DNA of 64,000 nucleotides, taken from NCBI GenBank assembly GCA_041658905.1, contig JBAZZG010000004.1:147091-211090 (forward strand), written 5' to 3'. Shown one piece after another: positions 1 through 9,723 of this stretch. Made by a program: the position numbers and the translations under genes. Below the pieces are notes generated by a model that worked only from the letters and a program-made list of their open reading frames with translations, was not told the DNA's origin and searched no databases. The number at the start of each line of letters is the position of its first letter. Positions within the stretch are counted from its first letter, which is position 1. The DNA comes from Bellilinea sp. (GTDB taxonomy: Bacteria; Chloroflexota; Anaerolineae; Anaerolineales; Anaerolineaceae).

Positions 1-164
1 GGTGGTCAGTTCAAGCGATTGCTTGGCTGGCGTCGGGCCGGATGAGAAGTGCCCGTCGAAAAGCGCCGCCTTCCTTCTCCACCGATCCTATGGCAATCAA
101 ATTTCCCTCGTTCTTCTCCGTTCCGATCCGTCCTGGTTCGCCTGGTGCGAATTGCAGGTCGTTT

Positions 165-190
165 AACCGAAAGGTTTACCTTTCGGTTTT
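165..190 (+). terminator. Perfect 10-bp hairpin. Either the terminator of an off-window upstream gene or a leader attenuator ahead of ssnA
   Basis: AACCGAAAGG (165-174), loop TTTA, CCTTTCGGTT (179-188), then TTGTGTCGTT. It lies about 40 nt upstream of the ssnA start. The U-tract is weak. Confidence 0.35.
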
Positions 191-231
191 GTGTCGTTAA
201 ATTTCTGAGTGTTCGTTTCTGGAGGGCAGCC

Positions 232-1581
232 ATGATACTTACCAACGGAAAGATTATCACCTGGGAACAGCCCAATCGCATTCTTGAAGGGTATGCGCTG
301 CGAATTGCAGGAAATAAGATCGTTGAAATTACCGGGCAACCAGAAATCCTCGAAAAATACCCGCAGGAAGATCGGTTGGATGCGCATAGCCAATATATCA
401 TGCCTGGGAATATCTGCGCACACACTCACTTCTATGGAGCATTTTCGCGCGGTATGGGAATCCCGGGCCCGGCACCCAAGGATTTTCCTGAAATTCTGGG
501 TAAACTGTGGTGGTCATTGGATAAGGCTCTCACGCTGGATGACGTTCGCTATTCAGCGCTGGTATGTCTAATCGATGCGATTAAACATGGCACAACCACA
601 CTCATCGATCACCATGCTTCACCTAATGCGATCAGCGGTTCACTGTCGGAAATAGCGCTGGCAGTCAAGGAAGCCGGTGTTCGCACCTCGCTCTGCTACG
701 AAGTCACCGACCGCGAGGGGGAGCTGGGCACCAAAGATGGTATCGCCGAGAACGTCCGCTTTATCAACGCAGTAAAGGCGGAAAAAAACGGCAAACTGGC
801 AGCTACTTTTGGCCTGCATGCCAGCCTGACCCTGTCGGAAAAGACACTTGAGGCCTGCCGGGCTGCCTGTCCGGATGACGTCGGTTTCCATGTACACGTT
901 GCCGAACATCCGGTGGATGAATACGACAGCTTGCAAAAATGCGGTGAGCGGGTGGTGGACCGGCTGAAACGGCATGGTATTCTTGGTTCGCGCTCGATAG
1001 CGGTGCATGCCGTCCACGTCGATGTCCGTGAAATCGAATTATTGGCAGCCAGCCAGACCTGGGTGACCCATCAGCCGCGGTCGAACATGAATAATGCGGT
1101 TGGCATGTCTCAGCCGGAAGCTATGATGAGAGCGGGTATCAAGGTGTGCCTGGGGAACGATGGTTTCTCCAATCAGATGTGGCAGGAATGGAAGACCGCT
1201 TACCTGGCGCATAAACTATGGAACCATGACCCGCGCCGGATGTCCGGCACCGATGTGGTCCAGATGGCGGTTTACAATAATGCCTTGTTAGCGGAGCAGC
1301 AATTTGGCGTCGGGCCGATCGGTGTTCTGGCGCCGGGGGCGGAAGCGGACCTTATTTTTGTTGACTATCACCCCTTCACCGAGCTGACCGCCGGCAACTT
1401 GCCGTGGCATATCATTTTTGGCTTCCATGAGAGCATGGTCACTACCACCATGGTTAGTGGGCAAGTGCTCATGCACGACCGGCAGCTGCTCACATTGGAC
1501 GAAGAAAAAATTACGTACGAGGCGCGCAAGCTTTCCGCAGAAACGTGGAAGCGTTACAACGCGATCGCCCAAACCCATTAA
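232..1581 (+). CDS. ssnA: SsnA-type amidohydrolase (putative selenium-dependent hydroxylase-associated aminohydrolase)
   Basis: ATG at 232 is preceded by GGAGGG (221-226). The ORF-track start at 49 is a GTG that adds a 61-aa non-protein-like extension. The product has the amidohydrolase HxH motif (CAHTHF). Blocks IDHHASP and PRSNMNN, and a length of about 449 aa, match my recollection of E. coli SsnA. Confidence 0.8.
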   Translation: MILTNGKIITWEQPNRILEGYALRIAGNKIVEITGQPEILEKYPQEDRLDAHSQYIMPGNICAHTHFYGAFSRGMGIPGPAPKDFPEILGKLWWSLDKALTLDDVRYSALVCLIDAIKHGTTTLIDHHASPNAISGSLSEIALAVKEAGVRTSLCYEVTDREGELGTKDGIAENVRFINAVKAEKNGKLAATFGLHASLTLSEKTLEACRAACPDDVGFHVHVAEHPVDEYDSLQKCGERVVDRLKRHGILGSRSIAVHAVHVDVREIELLAASQTWVTHQPRSNMNNAVGMSQPEAMMRAGIKVCLGNDGFSNQMWQEWKTAYLAHKLWNHDPRRMSGTDVVQMAVYNNALLAEQQFGVGPIGVLAPGAEADLIFVDYHPFTELTAGNLPWHIIFGFHESMVTTTMVSGQVLMHDRQLLTLDEEKITYEARKLSAETWKRYNAIAQTH

Positions 1582-1599
1582 CTTCAGGGAGAACCCATT

Positions 1600-2277
1600 A
1601 TGACTGACACTACTGCAGAAAGATACACGATCGGAATTATTGGCGGTACCGGAAAAGAAGGTAAAGGGCTGGCATACCGCTGGGCAAAAGCCGGGCATAC
1701 GATCATCATCGGTTCGCGCCAGGCCGAAAAAGCTCAGGCTGCGGCCAATGATGTGAATCAAATGCTCGGCAAACAGGATGCAGTGACTGGCCTGGAAAAT
1801 GAAAAGGCCGCAATCCGCGCCGATATCGTCGTTCTGACGGTTCCCTTTGGCGTGCATGTGGATATGTGTGAGCTCTTAAAACCGTTTGTACAGGGTAAAA
1901 TCTTTATCGATGTTACCGTACCTCTGGTTCCTCCAAAAGTGGCCAGGGTGCAGATGCCGCCGGAAGGTAGCGCAGCGCAACAAGCGCAGGCGATTTTAGG
2001 CGATGGTGTGCAGGTGGTATCCGCGTTCCAAAATATTTCCTATGAACACCTCATCCATGACGATGAGGTGGCTTGCGATGTTTTAGTTTGCGGCCCGAAA
2101 GAGGCGCGCGAGAAAGTCATCGGCCTGGTCAAAGATGCGGGACTGGTCGGCTGGAGCGGCGGCGTGATTGAAAACTCGGTTGTAGTGGAAGGGTTAACCT
2201 CGGTTTTGATCGGTTTGAATAAACAATTTGGCATTCAGGATGCCGGTATTCGCATCACCGGCTTACCGCGTCAATAG
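1600..2277 (+). CDS. npdG: NADPH-dependent F420 reductase (Fno/NpdG family)
   Basis: N-terminal Rossmann motif IGIIGGTGKEGKGLA plus overall collinearity with Fno (…IVVLTVP…, C-terminal LNKQFG). AGGGAGAA RBS lies upstream. Confidence 0.8.
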   Translation: MTDTTAERYTIGIIGGTGKEGKGLAYRWAKAGHTIIIGSRQAEKAQAAANDVNQMLGKQDAVTGLENEKAAIRADIVVLTVPFGVHVDMCELLKPFVQGKIFIDVTVPLVPPKVARVQMPPEGSAAQQAQAILGDGVQVVSAFQNISYEHLIHDDEVACDVLVCGPKEAREKVIGLVKDAGLVGWSGGVIENSVVVEGLTSVLIGLNKQFGIQDAGIRITGLPRQ

Positions 2278-2293
2278 TCCGCTTGCAAAATTT

Positions 2294-3064
2294 ATGCAGC
2301 CCCTGATATTTACTCCCATTTCCGATATCCCGCTCATCCAACCAGGAGACGATCTGCCGGCCATCCTGCTCGAAAAAATGGCAGCAGACGGGGTGAAGCT
2401 GTTGGATGGCGATATCCTGGTGCTGGCGCAAAAGATCGTGTCAAAATCCGAAAACCGCCTGGTCAATCTGAATGAGGTGAAACCATCGCAGCGGGCAATA
2501 GAACTGGGCGAAGCAGCCGAAAAAGATCCTCGCTTGGTGGAACTGATGCTACAGGAAAGCCGCAGCGTGCTGCGCGTCCGACCGGGGACCATCATCGTCG
2601 AGCACAGGGCCGGGTTTGTGTGCGCCAATGCGGGTATTGACCATTCCAACGTCGAGGGACGCTACGGCAAGGCGGATGATTGGGTCTTGCTGCTGCCTGA
2701 AAACGCTGACGAATCGGCTGCCCGGATTCGTAGTTCGATTGAATCGCAGACGGGTGCGAAAATCGGGGTCATGATTATCGACTCGCATGGACGCGCCTGG
2801 CGGATTGGCACAGTTGGCATCTCGATTGGTTTCTCCGGAATGCCAGGTCTGGTAGATTTACGCGGACACCAGGATATGTTCGGGTACACCTTGCGGGTAA
2901 CGCAGGTGGCAGCGGCCGACGAGTTGGCTGGTTCAGCATCGCTGGTCATGGGACAGGCGGATGAGCGCGTTCCGGCGGTGCACGTTCGTGGCTTTCCATT
3001 CCCTTTGCGCGAGGGAAAATTTGATGAACTTCACCGGCCAATTGAATTGGACCTGTTCCGCTAA
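2294..3064 (+). CDS. cofE: Coenzyme F420-0:L-glutamate ligase (stand-alone CofE, no nitroreductase domain)
   Basis: Family-typical motifs IPLIQPGDDLP, ILVLAQKIVSKSE, CANAGID and MIIDSHGRAWR. I chose the start at ATG 2294, after the npdG stop. The ORF-track start at 2228 would overlap npdG by 50 nt. Confidence 0.85.
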   Translation: MQPLIFTPISDIPLIQPGDDLPAILLEKMAADGVKLLDGDILVLAQKIVSKSENRLVNLNEVKPSQRAIELGEAAEKDPRLVELMLQESRSVLRVRPGTIIVEHRAGFVCANAGIDHSNVEGRYGKADDWVLLLPENADESAARIRSSIESQTGAKIGVMIIDSHGRAWRIGTVGISIGFSGMPGLVDLRGHQDMFGYTLRVTQVAAADELAGSASLVMGQADERVPAVHVRGFPFPLREGKFDELHRPIELDLFR

Positions 3065-3075
3065 GGGAGCTTGCG

Positions 3076-3624
3076 ATGTACGCCATCATTACTGAACTGG
3101 CGAGTGAATCAGCGCGTGAAGTGGAGCAAATTCGGGGTGATGCTCTGGCCGGTTGCGGGCCCGATCCTGCCCCGCTTCAATGGCCGTTGCACCTCTCGTG
3201 GCAGGGTGCCGAATCCTATTATCTGGATGAGGTCGAACTGCGCATGCGCACAATCGCCAGGACTTTTGCTCCTGTCACTACCCGCATCAATGGTGTGGGC
3301 ATCTTCACCGGCGCAGAGCCAGTTGTTTACCTGTCCGTCACCCGCACACCGGCGTTATCTGCTTTGAATGCTACCCTTTGGGAGGCGTTGTCCCCTCTTG
3401 CCAGATCCGCCAACCGGTATTTTTCCCCGGAAGAATGGGTGCCGCATATCTCTATACTGTATGGCAAAGCGGAAATGAAGGAAGCAATCGCCTGTTTGGT
3501 TGCCAACCTCAGCACCGTGGAGCTGCGGATTGAAATCAAGCTGGATCACATTTATCTTGGGTATTTTCACGGCAATGACCATGGAGGCCTGTATCGTTTT
3601 CCACTGATCGGCAGTGAGGGATAA
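3076..3624 (+). CDS. 2H phosphoesterase superfamily protein (LigT / 2'-5' RNA ligase-like)
   Basis: Two H-x-S/T-type motifs at the expected spacing (HLSW near aa 39, HISIL near aa 124). GGGAG RBS is present. Size of 182 aa fits. The assignment is by motif only. Confidence 0.5.
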   Translation: MYAIITELASESAREVEQIRGDALAGCGPDPAPLQWPLHLSWQGAESYYLDEVELRMRTIARTFAPVTTRINGVGIFTGAEPVVYLSVTRTPALSALNATLWEALSPLARSANRYFSPEEWVPHISILYGKAEMKEAIACLVANLSTVELRIEIKLDHIYLGYFHGNDHGGLYRFPLIGSEG

Positions 3625-3746
3625 TCCCCATTCCCGGCCGAATCGAACCTTACGGTATAATTAAAGGGAAAAATCTGCTGACCGACCCCACCTGATTATT
3701 GTTTACAAATAAAGATCCTGTTTGAACCTGGAGGGTAGACACCGTA

Positions 3747-4361
3747 ATGAGCCTTTGGGCGATTGTACCGGTAAAACCGCTGCGAAAAGCGAAATCTGGT
3801 TTGTCAGACGTATTAACGGAAGATGAAAGAGCATTACTGATCTTTACCATGTTGAGTCAAACCCTGAGGACTTTGAAAGAAGTCCCGGCCATTGATCACA
3901 TTCTGGTTGTCAGCAGCGACTCGGCTGCCCTGGCGATGGCCCGGGAATACGACGCGCGGACACTGCAGGAGGACGGACAGCCTGATCTGAAAATCGCGTT
4001 GAAGAGGGCAGTGGTGGTGGCGAAGATGTACAATGCCGAGAGCTTGTTGATCCTGTCCGCCGACTTGCCGCTGGTCTCCCGCCGGGATATCGAGACGATG
4101 CTGTCGCTGGTAAAAGGAACACCTGCTATCGTTATCGCTCCCGACCGGCATAACGACGGAACCAACGCCATCTATATGAATCCGCCGGACATCATCGATT
4201 GCACCATCGGATCCGGCTCGTATGAAAAGAATTTAAAGAAGGCTCAAAGTAAGGGAATCCAGGTCGAATTATGCCATCTGACTACCCTGGGTCTTGACAT
4301 CGATAAGCCGGAAGACCTGGCTTTACTCCGCCAAATTGAAGCTTTTCAGGTAGATCCCTAG
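3747..4361 (+). CDS. cofC: 2-phospho-L-lactate / EPPG guanylyltransferase (CofC/FbiD)
   Basis: N-terminus [17 protein letters not shown], size of about 204 aa and a GGAGGG RBS. It is adjacent to cofE. Confidence 0.8.
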   Translation: MSLWAIVPVKPLRKAKSGLSDVLTEDERALLIFTMLSQTLRTLKEVPAIDHILVVSSDSAALAMAREYDARTLQEDGQPDLKIALKRAVVVAKMYNAESLLILSADLPLVSRRDIETMLSLVKGTPAIVIAPDRHNDGTNAIYMNPPDIIDCTIGSGSYEKNLKKAQSKGIQVELCHLTTLGLDIDKPEDLALLRQIEAFQVDP

Positions 4362-4420
4362 ACCTTTTCTACCACTGCGACCCAATATTCCACCCACAAC
4401 GCACAACACCCGGAGGTACC

Positions 4421-5419
4421 ATGAGTGAAAGAGTAGCACTTTATCTGCAGGATGCTCACGATCTTCGCGACGGACTGGATTATGTTCGTTATGCCGAGGA
4501 ACGCGGTTTTGAAGCGGTCTGGCAGGCCGAAAGCCGGCTGGTCCGGGATGCGATCGTTCCGATGGCCGCTTACGCTGCAGTCACGAAAACATTGAAAGTC
4601 GGATCCGGCGTCATCAACAACTGGACGCGTAATATCGGGTTGCTGGCTTCGACCTTTTTAACCCTGGACGATCTGGCTCCAGACCGCATCATTTGCGGTA
4701 TTGGCGCCTGGTGGGATCCACTCGCCAAAAACGTGGGTATCGATCGTAGAAAACCGCTGACCGCCATGCGCGAGACGGTAACTGTTCTGCGCCGCCTGCT
4801 GAACATGGAACGGGTCAGCTTTGATGGCGAGTTTGTCCATGTATCTGGGATCGAGCTGGATGTGGTTCACGGACGACGCGAACCGCGTAATGTGCCGATC
4901 ATGATTGGCGCTACCGGCGACAATATGATGGAAATGACCGGCGAAATTGGTGACGGTGTAGTATTGAATTATTGCGTGGAGCCAAGCTACAACAGTAAAG
5001 CGCTCGAACTGCTGGATGCCGGCGCCAAAAAATCCGGTCGCCGGGTTGACGACCTGGATCGACCGCAGTTGATCGTGTGTTCGGTAGATCTCGACCATGA
5101 CAAAGCAATTGACTCCACCCGCGGTTTGTTAACCCAATACCTGGCGCAGCAGCCACACATTGCAAAAGCCTCCGGAGTGTCGATGGATGTGGTTGCTCAA
5201 ATTCAGTCTATCCTGGGCTGGCCTGCTACCAAGGAGCAGATCGACAAGGCGAAACATCTGGTACCAGATGACCTGATTACCCGTATCACTGCCTCCGGTA
5301 CACCCGAAGAAGCCCGCGCCAAAGTGGCTGAATATCGTAAAAATGGCTGCACCTGCCCGATCCTCTACCCGGTCGGTGGAGATATCAAGGTGCTTATCGA
5401 TACCTTTGCGCAGCTATGA
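4421..5419 (+). CDS. LLM-class (luciferase-like) F420-dependent oxidoreductase
   Basis: Luciferase-like TIM-barrel N-terminus (…[17 protein letters not shown]…), 332 aa, resembling the Mer/F420-dependent LLM subfamily. GGAGG RBS is present. The substrate is unknown. Confidence 0.7.
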   Translation: MSERVALYLQDAHDLRDGLDYVRYAEERGFEAVWQAESRLVRDAIVPMAAYAAVTKTLKVGSGVINNWTRNIGLLASTFLTLDDLAPDRIICGIGAWWDPLAKNVGIDRRKPLTAMRETVTVLRRLLNMERVSFDGEFVHVSGIELDVVHGRREPRNVPIMIGATGDNMMEMTGEIGDGVVLNYCVEPSYNSKALELLDAGAKKSGRRVDDLDRPQLIVCSVDLDHDKAIDSTRGLLTQYLAQQPHIAKASGVSMDVVAQIQSILGWPATKEQIDKAKHLVPDDLITRITASGTPEEARAKVAEYRKNGCTCPILYPVGGDIKVLIDTFAQL

Positions 5420-5895
5420 GGCAGAAACAAGCCAACGCTCGGCATTGCTTCGTGTGCGGGGTCGATAATCAATTTGGTTTACAACTAAAATTTTACGATA
5501 CGGCTCCCGGGCGTGTCGAAGCCAACTGGATGGTTTCGGAGCAATTTCAGGGGTTCCCCGGGATTGCTCACGGAGGAATTCTGGCGTCGGTGCTCGACGA
5601 GGCTGCCACTCGCACGGTGCTGGGCGCCAATGGTTCCCGGCGGATTGTGGTGACTGCATCGCTGGAGGTGCGTTACCGCAAACCGGTGCCGCTGAATACG
5701 CCGCTAAAGGTGATCGGTGAATTGACCGAAGATAAAGGTGAAATTATTCACGCAACGAGTAGAATAGAAAATGAACAGGGGCAGGTTTTAGCCAATGCGC
5801 GCGCACTCCTGATGGAGGCGCCCGCCGAACTGGCCGGCAAACTGGAATTGGACCCTGAAAATTGGAAAGTGTATCCTGATGGAGATGGAGCATGA
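5416..5895 (+). CDS. PaaI/4HBT-type hotdog-fold thioesterase
   Basis: [15 protein letters not shown] motif within a 159-aa hotdog-size protein. ATGA overlaps occur at both ends (5416-5419 and 5892-5895). Confidence 0.7.
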   Translation: MRQKQANARHCFVCGVDNQFGLQLKFYDTAPGRVEANWMVSEQFQGFPGIAHGGILASVLDEAATRTVLGANGSRRIVVTASLEVRYRKPVPLNTPLKVIGELTEDKGEIIHATSRIENEQGQVLANARALLMEAPAELAGKLELDPENWKVYPDGDGA

Positions 5896-6650
5896 TTAAA
5901 GCCTACTATCGGCCAAAGGACTTGACAGAGGCAGTTGAAATTTTATCGCGCAGCGACGGCGAATACCGCCCGTTGGGCGGCGGAGTGGCCTTGAGCCATA
6001 AGTCTGCCCAAACGATCTCGGTTGTCGATCTGCAATCGCTCGGTCTGAACAGCCTGACACAGGAGGGCCAATTCCTGCAAATTGGGGCAACCACCACATT
6101 AGCGTCGCTGGCCAATTTGGACTATCTCCAACCCGGCCTAAAATCAGCCATCCGTTTGGAAGCCAATAACAATTTGCGCCAGCAGGCGACTGTCGCAGGT
6201 ACGTTGGTCTCCAGTGGAGGGCGATCCACCTTCGGGACTGTGCTGCTGGCACTCGACGCTTTGCTGCATTGGCTGCCGGTCGATCTGGATCAAGCGCTGG
6301 GCGAATGGTTAACGCTGCGCCAGGCTCCGGTGAAGGCTTTGCTCATCAATCGGATACAGTTCGCGCTGAACGCCAGCCTGGCTTTCGATACCATCGGACG
6401 TACTCCGGATGATTTGCCGGTCATTTGCGCCGCTGTTGCAAAATGGCCGTCCGGCCGTACCCGGGTTACCCTGGGGGGATTCGGTGCGGCGCCGATCCTG
6501 GCGCTGGATGCCCCTGAGCCAAGTGGAGCAGAAGTCGCGGTTCGCGATGCTTTGTCACGGGCAGCGGATCCATGGGCCAGCGCCGAGTACCGGCAAGAAG
6601 CCGGAGCCAGATTGGTGCTGCGACTGATGGGTCAGTTACAGCCGGTTTAG
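5892..6650 (+). CDS. Molybdenum hydroxylase FAD-binding subunit (YgfM/CoxM-like)
   Basis: Its 252 aa match the size of E. coli YgfM. The N-terminus (YYRPKDLTEAVEIL…PLGGG) is typical of the FAD_binding_5 domain. It lies directly upstream of the FeS-Moco fusion subunit. Confidence 0.7.
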   Translation: MIKAYYRPKDLTEAVEILSRSDGEYRPLGGGVALSHKSAQTISVVDLQSLGLNSLTQEGQFLQIGATTTLASLANLDYLQPGLKSAIRLEANNNLRQQATVAGTLVSSGGRSTFGTVLLALDALLHWLPVDLDQALGEWLTLRQAPVKALLINRIQFALNASLAFDTIGRTPDDLPVICAAVAKWPSGRTRVTLGGFGAAPILALDAPEPSGAEVAVRDALSRAADPWASAEYRQEAGARLVLRLMGQLQPV

Positions 6651-6668
6651 GCAAGATTCGTTTGCAAA

Positions 6669-9600
6669 ATGAAAGAAGCTTCTATGATGATTTACTTCAC
6701 GCTGAACGGCGATCTGGTCGAATGGGAAGCTGATCCATCCGAGTCGCTGCTCTCCGTTTTACGCCGGCACGGGATGTTTGGCGTCAAATCCGGTGGTTGC
6801 GCCAGGGGTGAATGCGGCGCCTGCACCGTGCTGTTGGATAAGAAACCTGTCAACTCATGTACCTTGCTGGCCGCTCAGGTTACCGGTCATCAGGTGGAGA
6901 CGATCGAAGCCATGGGCGAGCACCCCGAACAGGGATGGAAAAAAACCTCAGGGCTGCATCCGATCCAGCAGGCAATGGTGGAAAGCGGCGCCATTCAGTG
7001 CGGCTACTGCACGCCAGCTTTTGCACTGGCAGCCCGCGCGCTGATCGAGAAAAACCCGGATCCCAGCGAAGCCGAAGTCCGAGCGGCAATCTCCGGCATA
7101 CTTTGCCGCTGCACAGGCTATTTAAAGCCGGTCCAGGCCATTTTGCGCGCAGCTGCCGTTATGCGCGGTGAAACGGTTCCGCCGATCATGGGTACGCCCG
7201 AAACCGAGACGCAAGGTTGGCCGGTAAGCATGCCACTCCCCGGCGACCAACCGGAAAGCAGCGCTGGCCTGGCTGAAACCACCAGCCAGACCCAAGTGAT
7301 GCCAAAGATATGGACTTCACAGGATGCCAGGGAGAAACCCCGCACCCATATCGGCCGCCCCGAGGTGAAAGTGGATGCGGTCAAATTGGTGCAGGGCAAG
7401 CCGGCCTTCTCCGCGGATATCGAGAAGCGCGGTATGTTGGTAGCAAAAGTGCTGCATTCGCCGTTAGCCCACGCCTGGATCAAATCCATTGACCTGAGTG
7501 ATGCCCGCGCGCTGCCAGGTGTCGCCGCGGTTTTGTGCTACAAAGATATCCCGCGGGTTATCTATTCGACCGCCGGCCAATCTGACCCTATACCTGGACC
7601 GTTGGACGCTTTTTCGCTGGACCGGAAAGTGCGTTTTGTGGGTGACCGGGTAGCCTTTGTCGCGGCAGAGACTGCAGAAATTGCAGAACAGGCGCTGCGT
7701 TTGATCAGGGTCGAATACGAAGAGTTGCCCGCAATTCTGGATTCGCGCGAATCCATGCAGCCCGGGTCCGTCCGCATCCATGATGAGCCGGAGTTTGTAA
7801 ATTTTGCTGATTCCAATCCGACCAAAAACGTTGCTGCTGAAATTCGCATCGATATTGGCGATATCGAAAAGGGATTTGCCGAGGCTGACCGGATTTACGA
7901 GGAAGAATACACGGTACCCAAGGTGCAGCAGGCGCATATCGAACCGCACGTGGTGGTTACCTACTGGGATGAGGATGACCGGTTGGTCATTCGCACCAGC
8001 ACCCAGGTACCTTTCCATGCCCGCCGCATCCTTGCCCCAGTATTGGGCTTGCCGGTTAAACGCATCCGCGTGATTAAACCGCGCATTGGCGGCGGTTTCG
8101 GTGGCAAACAGGAAGTTTTGATCGAGGACGTGGCAGCCCATCTGACGATCGCCACCAGCCGCCCGGTCATCTATGAAACTTCCCGTGAGGAAGAATTTAT
8201 CGCCGCCCGGTCGCGCCACTCAATGCGCGTCCGCATGAAAACCGGCGTCAAACTGGATGGCACGATAACGGCCAACGCCATGTATGCGCTCTCTGACACC
8301 GGGGCCTACGGCTGCCATGCCCTGACGGTGACCGGCAATACCGGCCATAAAGCCATGGCGCTGTATGTCGGGGATGGACCCTACCGCTTATCGCCCAATA
8401 TTCGCTTCTATGCCGATGTGGTGTATACCAATACCCCGCCAGCCGGAGCGTTCCGCGGTTACGGGGTTCCGCAGGGATTTTGGCCGCTCGAACGGCAGAT
8501 CGAGCACATCGCCCGCGATCTTGGCCTGGACTCGATCGATTTCCGCCTGAAGAACACGCTGCGTTCCGGCGAGCTGCATCCCTTTAGCACAGCCTGGAGT
8601 GAAGGCCGCGATCCGCGCCCGGAAATTGTTCACACCGTCGGGCTGGAGGAGTGCGTCCGGCAAGCCAAGGCCGCCATTGGTTGGGATCAAAAATATCCGA
8701 ACGCCGAATGGCATGCTGTACCGGGCAAACCGCACTTGCGCCGTGGAATCGGTGTGGCAACCGTCATGCAAGGGACAGCTATCCCATATCTGGATATGGG
8801 CGGCGCCAGCATAAAAATGAACGACGATGGCTCGTTCAACCTGTTGGTCGGCGCCACCGATCTTGGCACAGGTTCCGATACGGTGCTGGCGCAAATGGCA
8901 GCCGAGGTGCTTGGCGTACCGGTAGATGACATTCTGGTTTATTCCTCGGATACTGACTTCACCCCCTTCGATAAGGGTGCGTATGCCTCCAGCACCACCT
9001 ATATCTCCGGCGCTGCGGTGGTTAGAGCGGCTGAAATGGCGGCAGAACGCATCAAAGTTCGTGCGGCCCGGTTGATCAATAAACAGGCTACGGGGCCGGA
9101 AGTAACTGAAGACGACATTGTGCTGGGTAACAAATACGCAAGCACGCGAGACGGCCGCGCAGTAACCATGCAGGAGATTGCCTTGAACGCGTTGCATCAT
9201 GACGACCAGGAACAAATTATGGGCACCGGGTCATATTATTCGCCGGTATCCCCGCCGCCCTTTGCCGCCCAGTTTGCCGAAGTCACGGTTGATGTGGAGA
9301 CCGGCAAGGTGGTCGTGGACCGGTTGGTAATGGCGGTCGATTCAGGCATCATTGTCAATCCGATCACCGCTTCTGGCCAGATTGAAGGCGGGATGACCCA
9401 GGCGTTGGGTTATGCGGTATGCGAGGAAATGGTGTATGATCAAAAAGGCCAGGCGCGCGAGACTGACCTGGATGATTACCATATCTTCCGGGCGGACGAG
9501 ATGCCGGCGCTCGAGACCATTTTCGTGCAGACCTACGAACCTTCACACCCATTCGGCGTCAAAGCCGTTGCTGAAATACCCATGGATGGCGTAGCGCCAG

Positions 9601-9701
9601 CCGTGGGAAACGCCATTTTGGACGCCTGCGGTGCTGAGGTTCTTGAAATTCCCGCCACGCCGGAAAGAATCTGGCGAGCATTGAAAAAAGTCACCCCTTA
9701 A
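6669..9701 (+). CDS. Xanthine dehydrogenase-family molybdenum hydroxylase, fused [2Fe-2S] + molybdopterin-binding subunit (XdhD-like)
   Basis: Two 2Fe-2S motifs (CARGECGACTV; QCGYCTPAF…CRCTGY), then a P/T/E-rich linker. Next come an Ald_Xan_dh hammerhead and the Moco loop PRIGGGFGGKQE, with a C-terminal AVAEIP containing a glutamate at the position of the family catalytic Glu. Alternative starts at 6684 or 6687 (MMIYFTLNG) are plausible. Confidence 0.85.
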   Translation: MKEASMMIYFTLNGDLVEWEADPSESLLSVLRRHGMFGVKSGGCARGECGACTVLLDKKPVNSCTLLAAQVTGHQVETIEAMGEHPEQGWKKTSGLHPIQQAMVESGAIQCGYCTPAFALAARALIEKNPDPSEAEVRAAISGILCRCTGYLKPVQAILRAAAVMRGETVPPIMGTPETETQGWPVSMPLPGDQPESSAGLAETTSQTQVMPKIWTSQDAREKPRTHIGRPEVKVDAVKLVQGKPAFSADIEKRGMLVAKVLHSPLAHAWIKSIDLSDARALPGVAAVLCYKDIPRVIYSTAGQSDPIPGPLDAFSLDRKVRFVGDRVAFVAAETAEIAEQALRLIRVEYEELPAILDSRESMQPGSVRIHDEPEFVNFADSNPTKNVAAEIRIDIGDIEKGFAEADRIYEEEYTVPKVQQAHIEPHVVVTYWDEDDRLVIRTSTQVPFHARRILAPVLGLPVKRIRVIKPRIGGGFGGKQEVLIEDVAAHLTIATSRPVIYETSREEEFIAARSRHSMRVRMKTGVKLDGTITANAMYALSDTGAYGCHALTVTGNTGHKAMALYVGDGPYRLSPNIRFYADVVYTNTPPAGAFRGYGVPQGFWPLERQIEHIARDLGLDSIDFRLKNTLRSGELHPFSTAWSEGRDPRPEIVHTVGLEECVRQAKAAIGWDQKYPNAEWHAVPGKPHLRRGIGVATVMQGTAIPYLDMGGASIKMNDDGSFNLLVGATDLGTGSDTVLAQMAAEVLGVPVDDILVYSSDTDFTPFDKGAYASSTTYISGAAVVRAAEMAAERIKVRAARLINKQATGPEVTEDDIVLGNKYASTRDGRAVTMQEIALNALHHDDQEQIMGTGSYYSPVSPPPFAAQFAEVTVDVETGKVVVDRLVMAVDSGIIVNPITASGQIEGGMTQALGYAVCEEMVYDQKGQARETDLDDYHIFRADEMPALETIFVQTYEPSHPFGVKAVAEIPMDGVAPAVGNAILDACGAEVLEIPATPERIWRALKKVTP

Positions 9702-9723
9702 TTGTGGAAAGAGGTATCGCAGC

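Noticed and set aside
49-231. N-terminal 61-codon extension of the ssnA ORF from a GTG at 49
   Set aside because: The extension is non-protein-like, spans a strong hairpin (165-188) and lacks an RBS. ATG 232 has GGAGGG upstream and gives the canonical SsnA N-terminus.
1-231. Possible Moco or purine/xanthine riboswitch ahead of the hydroxylase cluster
   Set aside because: I could not match the region to the conserved cores of the Moco, purine or NMT1 motifs from memory. Only a simple hairpin and a CCGATCC direct repeat are visible. A covariance-model scan is needed.
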